NCBI GenBank assembly: GCA_965213705.1
Contig: OZ243913.1
Location: forward strand, 32,001-96,000
From: Trueperaceae bacterium
GTDB lineage: Bacteria > Deinococcota > Deinococci > Deinococcales > Trueperaceae
Direction of reading: 5' to 3'
Length of the DNA: 64,000 nucleotides
Made by a program: the position numbers and the translations under genes. The notes under the pieces were generated by a model. The model saw only the letters and a program-made list of their open reading frames with translations, did not search any database and was not told the origin of the DNA. Positions 28,716 to 37,857 of this stretch are shown here, piece after piece (position 1 is the stretch's first letter; each line of letters begins with the position of its first letter).

Positions 28716-29105
28716 GTGAGTGACGACGCCCAACCAACCTACAGCGCGCGCGAGATTGTCCTCGAGCTGTTTCCCGCCACCGACGAACGCCTCGTGCCGA
28801 CGCCCCGAGCTTACCGACTTTTGCCCGACCCGGTGGGCAACTTGGTGCTCTACACACCCGCAGGCGAACAGCTGCTGACCTTTACCCCGGTGGCGATTGC
28901 CGGCAGCGCCGCCGCGCAACTCTGCTGCGACTTTTGTGCCCACAGCGCGCCCAGGTACTATTTGCAACCCTTCCGGGTCGAGGTGCCGGGCACGGCCGGG
29001 CGGCGCAGTCTTTACGTGACCCTGTGCCGCGACACGGAAAGCTGCGACCTGCGGCGCTTTAACGACCGCCCTGTACAAGCCCTGCTGGAACGGGTCTACG
29101 CTTAA
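28716..29105 (+). CDS. Hypothetical protein with a treble-clef zinc finger resembling the FusB/FBP C-terminal domain
   Basis: CCDFC...LC.D..C cysteine pattern. TATAAT lies 7 nt before the GTG. Confidence 0.55.
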   Translation: MSDDAQPTYSAREIVLELFPATDERLVPTPRAYRLLPDPVGNLVLYTPAGEQLLTFTPVAIAGSAAAQLCCDFCAHSAPRYYLQPFRVEVPGTAGRRSLYVTLCRDTESCDLRRFNDRPVQALLERVYA

Positions 29106-29167
29106 GTGGGTGGCCGCTTGAAAACCGAAACTCCAAACGTAACGAAGTTCCCGCCGGAACCGCTACT

Positions 29168-29914
29168 GTGAAAACCGCCGTCGTTACCGGCGGCGCGCAG
29201 GGCATCGGGCGGGCGGTCGTGCTCGAGCTGTTGCGAGAGGGTTACGCCGTCGTCGCCGCCGACCAGGACGCGGCGGCGGGGGCCGACCTCGTTGAGAGGT
29301 ACCGCGACGCGGGCGACCTTCACTTTGTCGAAACCGATGTCGCCGAGGAAAGAGATGTCGAAGGGCTCATCGCTGAAACCCTGGCCCGCTTCTCCCAACT
29401 CGACGCCCTGGTAAACAACGCGGGCGTCGGCGTCAGCAAACCTGTGACTGAATTGAGTTTGGACGAGTGGAACCGCGTGCTCGGCACGAACCTGACCGGC
29501 GCGTTTTTGTGCGCCAAACACGCCGCGCCGCACTTGAGCGCGAACAAGGGTGCCATCGTCAACATCGCCTCGACCCGCGCGCTGATGTCCGAAGCCGATA
29601 CCGAGGCTTACGCGGCCTCGAAGGGCGGGCTCGTCGCGCTGACGCACGCGCTCGCTATAAGTCTGGGTCCGGCGGTGCGGGTGAACGCCGTAAGCCCTGG
29701 CTGGATAGAGGTGCGCGACTGGCAAAAGGGTGACGCCCCAACCCCCGAGCACAGCGAAACCGACCGGGCGCAACACCCGGTCGGGCGGGTGGGCAAGCCC
29801 CAGGACGTGGCGGTGCTGGTGTACTTTTTACTCTCCGACGCGAGCGGTTTTACGACTGGGCAAAATTTTGTCGTGGACGGCGGCATGACGAAAAAGATGA
29901 TTTACGCGGAGTAG
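29168..29914 (+). CDS. Short-chain dehydrogenase/reductase
   Basis: TGGAQGIG, NNAG, YAASK, VSPGWI and VDGGMT. Confidence 0.93.
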   Translation: MKTAVVTGGAQGIGRAVVLELLREGYAVVAADQDAAAGADLVERYRDAGDLHFVETDVAEERDVEGLIAETLARFSQLDALVNNAGVGVSKPVTELSLDEWNRVLGTNLTGAFLCAKHAAPHLSANKGAIVNIASTRALMSEADTEAYAASKGGLVALTHALAISLGPAVRVNAVSPGWIEVRDWQKGDAPTPEHSETDRAQHPVGRVGKPQDVAVLVYFLLSDASGFTTGQNFVVDGGMTKKMIYAE

Positions 29915-30011
29915 TGGGTACCCGGCTCGAGCCTCCTGAAAACCCGGTAGACTTGAACCTGGCAAGCTTTGAACACAAAAACAAGGCTGAGAGCAGCGAT
30001 GGGGGACGAAC

Positions 30012-30500
30012 ATGACTGATACCCGAACCGAAATTGTCGACGAACTGGGCTTCGGCATTGTGCCGAACTTGTTTACGGCGGCGGACGCCAACCCGGAGGT
30101 GCAGACCGGACTCTGGAAAGCGTTCCGGCACGTCGTGCTGCGCGGCGTGTTGCCGCGAACCGTCAAGGAAATGATGGGCGTGGTGGTGTCGCGCGAGGCC
30201 GGCAGCAGCTACGCGGCCCAAGTCCACCTGCACGCGCTCACCCTGCAGGGTATCGACGCGCCGATCGTGGCGGCGCTCGACCGGGGTGACTTGCCCGCGG
30301 GCGTGCCGGAACGGGTGGGACAGTTGCTGAGGTTCGCCCAGGGCGCCGCGCGGCAGCCGCACGACAGCGCCCAGGTACAAAGTTTGCGCAGCGCCGGTTT
30401 CGACGACGCGGAAATCGCCGAAGCGGTCGCGGTCGTCGGCGTGTTCCGCATGGTCAACGCCTGGACCGACCTGATGGCGGTTCCCTTAGATGAATTGTAA
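30012..30500 (+). CDS. AhpD/carboxymuconolactone-decarboxylase-fold protein lacking cysteines
   Basis: GIVPNLF, LPRTVKEM.GVVVS...SSYAAQVH and LRSAGFDDAEIAEAV..V...N. SSYA stands where CxYC is expected. Confidence 0.75.
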   Translation: MTDTRTEIVDELGFGIVPNLFTAADANPEVQTGLWKAFRHVVLRGVLPRTVKEMMGVVVSREAGSSYAAQVHLHALTLQGIDAPIVAALDRGDLPAGVPERVGQLLRFAQGAARQPHDSAQVQSLRSAGFDDAEIAEAVAVVGVFRMVNAWTDLMAVPLDEL

Positions 30501-30547
30501 GGACGAGTTGTAAAGCGTGAGGGCCGAGCTTTAGTGGACGCGCTTTG

Positions 30548-31852
30548 ATGGACGAGGCGACCTGGGCGAGTCTTTCCAACCGCCTATTGACGCTGCAGGA
30601 GTTGTTCGTCGGGGTGAGCAAGCTGGCACCCGAGGCGCTGCTCGAGCGCTTGCGGCGCGGCGTCGGCTGGACGTTCGATAAGGCCGAACTGCTCGCCGTT
30701 GAGCCGGCCGACCTGAACCCGCCGCCGACGATCAACCGCGGGCGCTACCTGTTGGACGTGCAGGGCGACGTTTACCTCGCTTACTTCGAAGGCCCGCCCC
30801 GACCGCTGTATCTCGTGCTTGCCGGGGTGCGTTTGAGCGACCCGCAGGAGTACCGGCTGTGCGCGCTGTTTTTCGAACACTTGCTGGCGGCTTTGGAGGC
30901 TTCGGGCTACCGGCGGGAACTCGAGGCGCAGGCTCACTGTGACTGGTTGACCGGCCTGTACAACGGCCGCTTTTTGCGGGAGACGCTGGCGCAAGGCTTG
31001 CCTGCAGACCAGGTGCTCGGACTCGTCGAGCTGGAGCCGCGCCTGTTCGAAGGTGGTGCGACTGCGCAGCGCGACTTGGCGTTGCAGGCGTTCGCTCACG
31101 TGCTCGGTGCCGCCCTGCCCACCGAGGCTCGAGCCTTTCGCCTGGCCGACCGGCGCTTCGCCGTTGTGACAACTTCGGACTGCCAAGAGGCCGTCGACGC
31201 GGTCGTCCGGCAGAGCGACTCAGCCGGACACCTCGTGTGGGCGACCGCGGCCGAGGCGGCGGGGGCCGCGCTGCTCGAGCTGGCCGAAAAACGCCTCTTG
31301 GGCCTTATCGGGCCGCTCGTCGAACCGCGCCGCCCCAACGCGAATGTGCGGGTTCACAGCCGCTACGAGCAAATCCGCCTCGCTTACGAAGAGGTCGTCT
31401 CCGTCTGGGACATAGACACGCCCACACACCTCATCGTCGACGGTCCCAACGGCTTCGCCTTGGAAACCTTTGACGACACCTTGCGCCCGGCGCTCATCGT
31501 CACCGACAGCCGCTCGAACGCTTACCTGAGCGACCTCTGGAACTTAAACCCGGAGGGTTTGCTCGTCGGCGTCGAGGACAAAGCGCAGCTCGAGCGGGCC
31601 CTAAAGGGGGTCGCGGCGGGCGAAAAAGTCTACGTCGGCCCCGAGCTTTACGACGAAGGCCTCTACCCGCGCGAGCGCGAGGTGTGGCGGCTCTTGGCAC
31701 AGGGGCTCGACAACGCGCAAATCGCCGCGCGCCTGGGCGTGAGCGACAAGACGGTGGCGAACTACGTCAGCACCTTGCAGGACAAGCTGCACCTGAATAG
31801 CCGCGTCGCCCTCGTGCTGCACTACATGGGCCAGCTTCCCCCGACGGATTAG
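30548..31852 (+). CDS. Multidomain regulator: degenerate GGDEF, receiver-like domain and LuxR HTH
   Basis: DWLTGLYN, FRLADRRFAV in place of RxGGDEF, and C-terminal PREREVWRLLAQGLDNAQIAARLGVSDKTVANY..KL. Confidence 0.8.
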   Translation: MDEATWASLSNRLLTLQELFVGVSKLAPEALLERLRRGVGWTFDKAELLAVEPADLNPPPTINRGRYLLDVQGDVYLAYFEGPPRPLYLVLAGVRLSDPQEYRLCALFFEHLLAALEASGYRRELEAQAHCDWLTGLYNGRFLRETLAQGLPADQVLGLVELEPRLFEGGATAQRDLALQAFAHVLGAALPTEARAFRLADRRFAVVTTSDCQEAVDAVVRQSDSAGHLVWATAAEAAGAALLELAEKRLLGLIGPLVEPRRPNANVRVHSRYEQIRLAYEEVVSVWDIDTPTHLIVDGPNGFALETFDDTLRPALIVTDSRSNAYLSDLWNLNPEGLLVGVEDKAQLERALKGVAAGEKVYVGPELYDEGLYPREREVWRLLAQGLDNAQIAARLGVSDKTVANYVSTLQDKLHLNSRVALVLHYMGQLPPTD

Positions 31853-31854
31853 AG

Positions 31855-31877
31855 GACTTGGGAAAATCTCCCAAGTC
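31855..31877. promoter_or_regulatory. Perfect 9-bp inverted repeat, candidate operator upstream of the S8 peptidase
   Basis: GACTTGGGA-AAATC-TCCCAAGTC with no U-tract. Confidence 0.45.
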
Positions 31878-31982
31878 GGGTCGGAACCTGTCCCTAACAC
31901 CCTAACCTCGTCCTCACGTACTCTTAATCCAGCTTTCACAGCTTGGGTCGCCCTCCAGGGGCGAACACGAATGGAGGAGTAC

Positions 31983-33803
31983 ATGAGCAAGCGGTTGGGA
32001 ATCTTATTTAGCCTGGTGGTTTTACTGTTGGCGGCCTGTTCACAGGTCAGCGTTCCGGCGGCCCCGGCCAACCTCGAGACCCTGAAAAAAGGTAAAAAGC
32101 ACATCGTCGAAGCGCCCGTTGCAGAGCCGGTGAGCCAGTGTACGGCGCTGTACTCAGGTTCAAGCGCGCAGGCCGCGACCACCAACGCCGTCGTCGACCC
32201 GAGCCTGAGCTATGGCAGCGTCGGCACGCTTATTTTGTCGTTCAACTTTGAAGACGCGCTTCAACCCGCCGCCGACTTTATCAGCGGCACCCTGGGCATC
32301 GAGCAGGGCGAAGGCTTGGGTGTGTTCGAAAACCTGCCGATGCTGGCGGTCAAAGCGCCCATCACCCGGAGCTTCGTCGATACGCTTAAAACCAACCTGC
32401 AACCCTACGGCCTATTGTCCATCTATCAAGACGCGCCGCTCCAGTACTTCTTGAACGAGTCTGCGAACTTTATCGGCGCGCCGGCCGCCCGTGAAGCCTT
32501 CGGCGTGACGGGCAAGGGCGTGGGCGTCGCGGTCATCGACTCGGGCATCGACACCACCCAGGGCGACTTCGCAGGCGTGGTGCAGAACATCAAAATCATT
32601 GCGCCGGTTGTCGACGTGGGCGTCGGCGGTTACTTTTTCTTGGAAGACCAGGCGAACAGCGACCTCACCTCGGGCCACGGTACGCACGTTTCGGGCACCA
32701 TCGGCGGCAGCGGCGCAATGTCGGACGGCAAGTACGTGGGCATCGCTCCCGGCACGAGTTTGGTGGGCATCGGCGCGGGCGACGCGATTTCCATCCTCTA
32801 CGCCCTCGAGGGTTTCGACTACGCGCTCAACCCCGAGCACCTGGACGCTTACAACATCCGCGTGATTTCGAACTCCTGGGGCACCTCGGGCCAGCACTTC
32901 GCGCCCTTCAACCCCATCTCCATCGCCTCGAAGCGCGCCTACGATTTAGACGTGGTCGTGAACTTCGCGGCGGGCAACGACGGCCCCGACGCCGACACCC
33001 TCAACCCTTACAGCGCTTCGCCCTGCGTGATTTCGGTGGCGGCGGGCGACAAGAGCGGCTTCTTGGCGGACTTCTCGAGCCGCGGCGTTCCTGGTGACGA
33101 GTTCCACCACCCGGACATCACCGCGCCCGGCGTCAAAATTATCGCGCCCCGCGCCACGACCGGCGCGGTGACCCCGCCTTACACCAGCGACCTGGACTAC
33201 GGCGCGCACTACTCGTCGATTTCCGGCACCTCGATGGCGACCCCGCACATCTCGGGCGTGGTGGCGCTGATGCTCGAGGCCAACCCCGCGCTCAACTTGG
33301 ACGGCGTGCTCGGCATCATGGCCGACACCGCCAAGCCGATGTTCACCGCGGACGGCCGTCAGCTCAAGCTTTTTGAGGTCGGCGCGGGCTACGTGGACGC
33401 TTACGCTTCGGTGCAGCAGGCCGTCGCCACGGCGGGAACTCGCTACACGACCAGCACCTCAACGCTCGACACCTGGAACGGCAACGTTTCCTTGGCCGCT
33501 TCGGCTCCGGTGGGGGGCGACGTGGTCACGGCCGAGGACAACTACAGCTTGAGCGTGCCCGCAGGCGCTAGCGCGCTGCGCATCGTGACCGACTGGGGCA
33601 ACCCGGCGCTCGACCTGGACCTTTACGTCTACGACCCGAGCGGCAACTTGATTGCCTCGAGCGCCCAAGGTGCGAGCGTGTCCGAAGGCGTCGCCATTCC
33701 CAACCCGGCAGCCGGCAGCTACCGCGTGCAACTCAAGGGTTACCTCAATACTCCGACTAACTACACGGGTACGGCCGAAATCGACACGGTAACGGCTTTC
33801 TAA
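31983..33803 (+). CDS. Subtilisin-like S8 serine peptidase lipoprotein with a C-terminal PPC-like domain
   Basis: Lipobox LLAAC; triad motifs VIDSG, HGTHVSG and GTSMATP; AAGN; C-terminal DLDLYVYDPSG. Confidence 0.92.
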   Translation: MSKRLGILFSLVVLLLAACSQVSVPAAPANLETLKKGKKHIVEAPVAEPVSQCTALYSGSSAQAATTNAVVDPSLSYGSVGTLILSFNFEDALQPAADFISGTLGIEQGEGLGVFENLPMLAVKAPITRSFVDTLKTNLQPYGLLSIYQDAPLQYFLNESANFIGAPAAREAFGVTGKGVGVAVIDSGIDTTQGDFAGVVQNIKIIAPVVDVGVGGYFFLEDQANSDLTSGHGTHVSGTIGGSGAMSDGKYVGIAPGTSLVGIGAGDAISILYALEGFDYALNPEHLDAYNIRVISNSWGTSGQHFAPFNPISIASKRAYDLDVVVNFAAGNDGPDADTLNPYSASPCVISVAAGDKSGFLADFSSRGVPGDEFHHPDITAPGVKIIAPRATTGAVTPPYTSDLDYGAHYSSISGTSMATPHISGVVALMLEANPALNLDGVLGIMADTAKPMFTADGRQLKLFEVGAGYVDAYASVQQAVATAGTRYTTSTSTLDTWNGNVSLAASAPVGGDVVTAEDNYSLSVPAGASALRIVTDWGNPALDLDLYVYDPSGNLIASSAQGASVSEGVAIPNPAAGSYRVQLKGYLNTPTNYTGTAEIDTVTAF

Positions 33804-33828
33804 TTTCTAAAGGTTTTCCAAGAAAACG

Positions 33829-33856
33829 AAAGGGCTGGCCTCGGCTGGCCCTTTTT
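33829..33856. terminator. Bidirectional terminator between the S8 peptidase and the Crp/Fnr gene
   Basis: AAAGGGCTGGCC-TC-GGCTGGCCCTTTTT. Confidence 0.7.
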
Positions 33857-33859
33857 GCT

Positions 33860-34540
33860 TTACAGCTCGAGCCCCCGGCTGAGCGCGGGTGCGTTCAAGC
33901 GGTACTCGCCGCGGGTGCCTTCCAGCAAACCTTCGTCGCGCAACTCGGCAATCGCCATCGACACCGACACGCGGGTGGCGGTAATCATCGCGGCGAGTTC
34001 TTCGTGTTTGAGTTCGGTCGACAGTCGCAGCCAACCCCCTTCCTCGGGAACGCCGAAGCGGTCGGCTTGCTCTAAAAGCACCTTGGCGACGCGAGCCCGC
34101 ACGGGCGCGTAAGACGAGCTGAGCTGCTCGCGGCAGTCGAACAGGTGTGACGCCAAAATTTCGGCAAAGGTCAGTACAAAGGTCGGCGCTTTCAGGGCCA
34201 TTTCGGTAAACTGTTCACGGCTCACCGGGCAGGTCACGGCGTCGGTCAACGCGACCGCGTCGACGCGGTAGTGCGCGTTCTCGGACAAAAACGCCTCACC
34301 GAACAGGTCGTTGGGGCCGAGAATTGCCAGGATGCGTTCGCTGCCGTTGGCGCTCAAGGTGACGAGCTTGACTTGGCCCTGCGCCAGCACGTGTAAACTC
34401 GTGGCGGGGTCGCCGGCAAAAAAGACGGTGTCGCCCTTTTTGAAACGCTTGTCCGGACACACCCGCATAAAGACCGCCATGTCTTCTTCACTGACCCGCT
34501 GGGCGAAGGCGGTGTCCTTGACGTACCAGGGCTTGACCAT
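33860..34540 (-). CDS. Crp/Fnr-family transcriptional regulator
   Basis: cNMP domain (GQVKL..G.ERIL.ILGP.DLFGE) and HTH HEELAAMITATRVSVS. Confidence 0.92.
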   Translation of the reverse strand: MVKPWYVKDTAFAQRVSEEDMAVFMRVCPDKRFKKGDTVFFAGDPATSLHVLAQGQVKLVTLSANGSERILAILGPNDLFGEAFLSENAHYRVDAVALTDAVTCPVSREQFTEMALKAPTFVLTFAEILASHLFDCREQLSSSYAPVRARVAKVLLEQADRFGVPEEGGWLRLSTELKHEELAAMITATRVSVSMAIAELRDEGLLEGTRGEYRLNAPALSRGLEL

Positions 34541-34863
34541 AAACCTCTCCTTTACGCCAATTATATATAGCGCCCGAACCTCACGAATGTCTAACGGCAG
34601 GGTGGCAAAGGAAAAAGGCTCGGGAAAAAGGTCTCAGGAAAAAGGAGAAAGAGGGTTCGACCGAACGCGAGCGTGCCGCCCTTTTCCCTTTCCACTTTTT
34701 CCTTTCTCTTGTTTTCTCGCTTGACTCCCCCTCTCGTACAGCAGTTGACGGTGCGCGGGGAGCAAACTTCCTATCGTTACCAGGACGTGAGAGGTAACGA
34801 ATGGCGGCTTGCCAACAATCAAGGGTAAAGTGGCGGGGTACGGAAGGGATATTCGCTGCTTTT

Positions 34864-35469
34864 ATGGTTGACAAAGCTTTACGCGTTCCGAAAAGAAAAC
34901 TGCTCGAGCCCCTGGCAAAGCGTCTGAACGGCGTTTCGCCCACCACCCTGACGGTGCTGGGCCTCGGGGCGGGGTTGCTGTGCGCGGTTGCGGCGCTGGC
35001 GGGCCAGGGGGGATTGGCGTTTGTACTCTGGCTGGTCAACCGGCTGCTCGACGGTCTTGACGGCGAGTTGGCGCGCGTGTTCGACCGCCAAAGTGACTTG
35101 GGCGGCTACTTCGACATCATGGCCGACTTAGTGGTGTATGCCGCCGTGCCCGTCGGCCTGTATTACGGGTACGGCGGTCCCGGCACGCTGACAGCCCTCG
35201 TCGTGCTGCTGAGCAGCTACTACGTCAACGCGGGCTCGTGGATGTACCTGTCGAGCTTGCTCGAGAAACGCAGCCGGGGCGCATCCGCGCAGGGCGAGGC
35301 GACGAGCGTCACCATGCCGGGCGGACTGGTCGAGGGGGCGGAAACGGTGGTGTTTTACAGTTTGTTTTTGCTGTTCCCCGGTGCCCTGGCCCTTCTTTTT
35401 TGGACCATGAGCGCGCTCGTCGCCGTGACGATGGTGCAGCGTTTAGTATGGGCACGCCGCCACCTTTAG
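34864..35469 (+). CDS. CDP-alcohol phosphatidyltransferase family protein (YnjF-like)
   Basis: NRLLDGLDGELAR...SDLGGYFDIMAD signature and GLVEGAET. Confidence 0.88.
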   Translation: MVDKALRVPKRKLLEPLAKRLNGVSPTTLTVLGLGAGLLCAVAALAGQGGLAFVLWLVNRLLDGLDGELARVFDRQSDLGGYFDIMADLVVYAAVPVGLYYGYGGPGTLTALVVLLSSYYVNAGSWMYLSSLLEKRSRGASAQGEATSVTMPGGLVEGAETVVFYSLFLLFPGALALLFWTMSALVAVTMVQRLVWARRHL

Positions 35470-35470
35470 A

Positions 35471-35538
35471 GCAGCTTGGTTCAAACAGTGCAGCCTGATT
35501 CAAGTAGTGCAGCTTGATTCAAGGCAGTCCGGTTTAAG
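35471..35538 (+). repeat. Degenerate 15-19 bp tandem repeat (four units)
   Basis: gcagcttggttcaaacagt / gcagcctgattcaagtagt / gcagcttgattcaag / gcagtccggtttaag. Confidence 0.7.
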
Positions 35539-35631
35539 ACCGCGCAGAACGGGGCGAGTACCGAGTGCAAAAGAGTCGAAACGGCTCGAGCCCCCGCTCC
35601 TCCGCCGAGAAATTCTCGAGTAAGGAAAGCT

Positions 35632-36378
35632 ATGGAAGCCAGCCCCACCCCGGCCGCAACCGCTGACAAGGCGAACGCCTCTTTTTGGCACAAACACTGG
35701 CAAAAGGTGCTGGCGGCGCTGTTCTGGCTGCTGCTGACAGGCGCTTACCTGTTTTACACGCTGAGCCGCGGCGTGTCGCCGTTGTCGCTGGAGGCGTTGC
35801 GCCCGCTGCTGGACTTGGCGGACAACCGTTGGGGGCCGCTGCTGTTTATCGGGCTGTACACGGTGAGGCCGTTCGTGCTGTTCTCGTCGGTGCTGCTCAC
35901 CTTAGCCGCGGGCGCGCTGTTCGGCCCGGTGTGGGGTGTGGTGTACACGGTGGTGGGGGCGAACATCGGCTCGAGCCTGGCCTACCTCGTCGGGCGCACC
36001 TTCGGCGGGAATTTGCTGAACGTCGAAGAGGACGGCAAGGGCGTCGGCAAGTACGTCAAGCGGATGCGCGAAAACAGCTTCGAGACGATTCTCATCATGC
36101 GGCTTATTTACATTCCTTACGACCTGGTAACCTACCTGGCGGGTTTTTTGAAAATCAACTACGGCGCGTTTTTGTTGGCGACCGTGTTGGGCTCGTTGCC
36201 GGGGACGATTTCGGTGGCGCTGCTGGGCGCGTCGGCGGGTTTGGACGGCGGCGCGCCGAGTTTCGACCCGCGCGTGCTGCTCGTCTCGGTCGGGTTGTTC
36301 GTGGTGAGCATCGGGGTCTCGAGGCTCGTCAAACGTTCTGAGAACAAAGGGGGCGAAGATGGAGGCGAAAATGACTGA
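35632..36378 (+). CDS. TVP38/TMEM64 (DedA/VTT) membrane protein
   Basis: LTLAAGALFG..WG, AYLVGR, MRL..IPYD and LGSLPG. Confidence 0.88.
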   Translation: MEASPTPAATADKANASFWHKHWQKVLAALFWLLLTGAYLFYTLSRGVSPLSLEALRPLLDLADNRWGPLLFIGLYTVRPFVLFSSVLLTLAAGALFGPVWGVVYTVVGANIGSSLAYLVGRTFGGNLLNVEEDGKGVGKYVKRMRENSFETILIMRLIYIPYDLVTYLAGFLKINYGAFLLATVLGSLPGTISVALLGASAGLDGGAPSFDPRVLLVSVGLFVVSIGVSRLVKRSENKGGEDGGEND

Positions 36379-37828
36379 GTTGCATACCCGTGAATTTCAC
36401 ACGGCCGTCATCGGCGCGGGTTCGGGCGGCCTGACCGTGGCCGTAGGCTTGTCGGGCTTGGGCAAAAGCGTCGCGTTGGTCGAGAAAAAGTACGTCGGCG
36501 GCGACTGCACCAACGTGGGCTGCGTGCCCTCGAAAACGCTTATTCACCTGGCAAAGCACGCCGAAAACATGAGTCCCGCCGAAATTTTAGCCAAGGTGCG
36601 CGCGCACCGCGACGAACTGCGCATTGAAGAAACCGAGTGGGTCAAGGGGATGGAGCACGTCACTTTTTTCGAGGGCGAGGCGACTTTTCAAGACGCGAAC
36701 ACGCTCGCCGTCGCCCTGGACGGTGGCGGCACCGAATATTTGCGGGCGCGCAACATCGTCATCGCCACGGGCTCGGTGCCGGTGCGGATTCCCTTGGAGG
36801 GTCTGCCGGACGCAAAAACCCTGACCAACGAGAGTTTGTTCGATTTGGAAAGTTTGCCCGAGCATCTCGTCATCGTCGGCGGCGGCATTATCGGCTGTGA
36901 AATGGCGTTCGCGTTCGCCAAGCTCGGCAGTAAGGTGAGCGTGGTCGACTTGGCCGAGCGCGTCCTGAGCCCGCTCGAGCCCGAGGTCTCCGCGCTCGTC
37001 GCCAGGCGGTTCAACGCCCTGGGCGTGGACGTTTACCTCCGGGCCAAGGGCTCACGCTTTGAAGACGCCACGGGTACGCTTTTTTTGGACCAGGCGGGGC
37101 GCGAGGTGCGGCTCGAACGCGTCGACAAGGTCTTGCTCGCCATCGGGCGCAAACCGCAGCTCGACATAGGCCTGGACAAGATAGGCTTGACTCCGACCAA
37201 ACAGGGTTTGCCGACGAACGCCTGGGGCCGCACCGCGGTCAAAAGCGTCTACGCCATCGGCGACGTAAACCCAAACTCGGCCTTTACCCATTCGGCCAAC
37301 GCCGAGGGCCGCAGGCTCGTCCAGAAACTCGCGTTTCCTTACCTGCCGGTCGGCAAGGAACCCGTCTACCCGAGCGCGACCTTCACCAGTCCCGAAGTTT
37401 CGCAAGTCGGCCCGACCTTGGCCGAGCTGACCAAAAAACTTCACCCCAGCCTCGTCAAAAGTTACCGCGTCGACCTCAAAGACACCGACCGGGGCTACAC
37501 GCAATTTTTTGACAAAGACGACGGCTTTGTGTTGGTTCACGCGATGCGACTCACCGGGCGGGTGTTGTCCGCGACGGTCGTCGCTCATACCGCCTCTGAA
37601 ATGATTCCGCTCTTGACTTACGCCGTGAACAACCGCGTGAGCATGTACACACTCTCCGGCCACGTTTTTCCCTACCCGACCCTGTCCGAGGCCGTCAAAA
37701 AAGCCGCGACGAACTACCTGACCGAAACGCTGCCCGAGCTGCCGAGCGAACTGTTCGGTTACCTGCGGCACCGCTTTTTCAGGTACGAACCGGAGCCGCA
37801 AGCCAGGGCCGTCCCGGCAACGACCTGA
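36371..37828 (+). CDS. Pyridine nucleotide-disulfide oxidoreductase (Lpd/MerA-like)
   Basis: GAGSGG, GGDCTNVGCVPSK, IATGS, GGGIIGCE, YAIGD and C-terminal PYPTLSE. Confidence 0.88.
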   Translation: MTELHTREFHTAVIGAGSGGLTVAVGLSGLGKSVALVEKKYVGGDCTNVGCVPSKTLIHLAKHAENMSPAEILAKVRAHRDELRIEETEWVKGMEHVTFFEGEATFQDANTLAVALDGGGTEYLRARNIVIATGSVPVRIPLEGLPDAKTLTNESLFDLESLPEHLVIVGGGIIGCEMAFAFAKLGSKVSVVDLAERVLSPLEPEVSALVARRFNALGVDVYLRAKGSRFEDATGTLFLDQAGREVRLERVDKVLLAIGRKPQLDIGLDKIGLTPTKQGLPTNAWGRTAVKSVYAIGDVNPNSAFTHSANAEGRRLVQKLAFPYLPVGKEPVYPSATFTSPEVSQVGPTLAELTKKLHPSLVKSYRVDLKDTDRGYTQFFDKDDGFVLVHAMRLTGRVLSATVVAHTASEMIPLLTYAVNNRVSMYTLSGHVFPYPTLSEAVKKAATNYLTETLPELPSELFGYLRHRFFRYEPEPQARAVPATT

Positions 37829-37857
37829 AACGCCGGTAAAAACGAGCAGCCGCCGGC

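Noticed and set aside
35471..35538. Mini CRISPR array
   Set aside because: Units are adjacent and degenerate with no unique spacers, and there are no cas genes.
36371..37828. Mercuric reductase merA
   Set aside because: It lacks the C-terminal Cys-Cys pair and the NmerA domain, and there are no mer genes.
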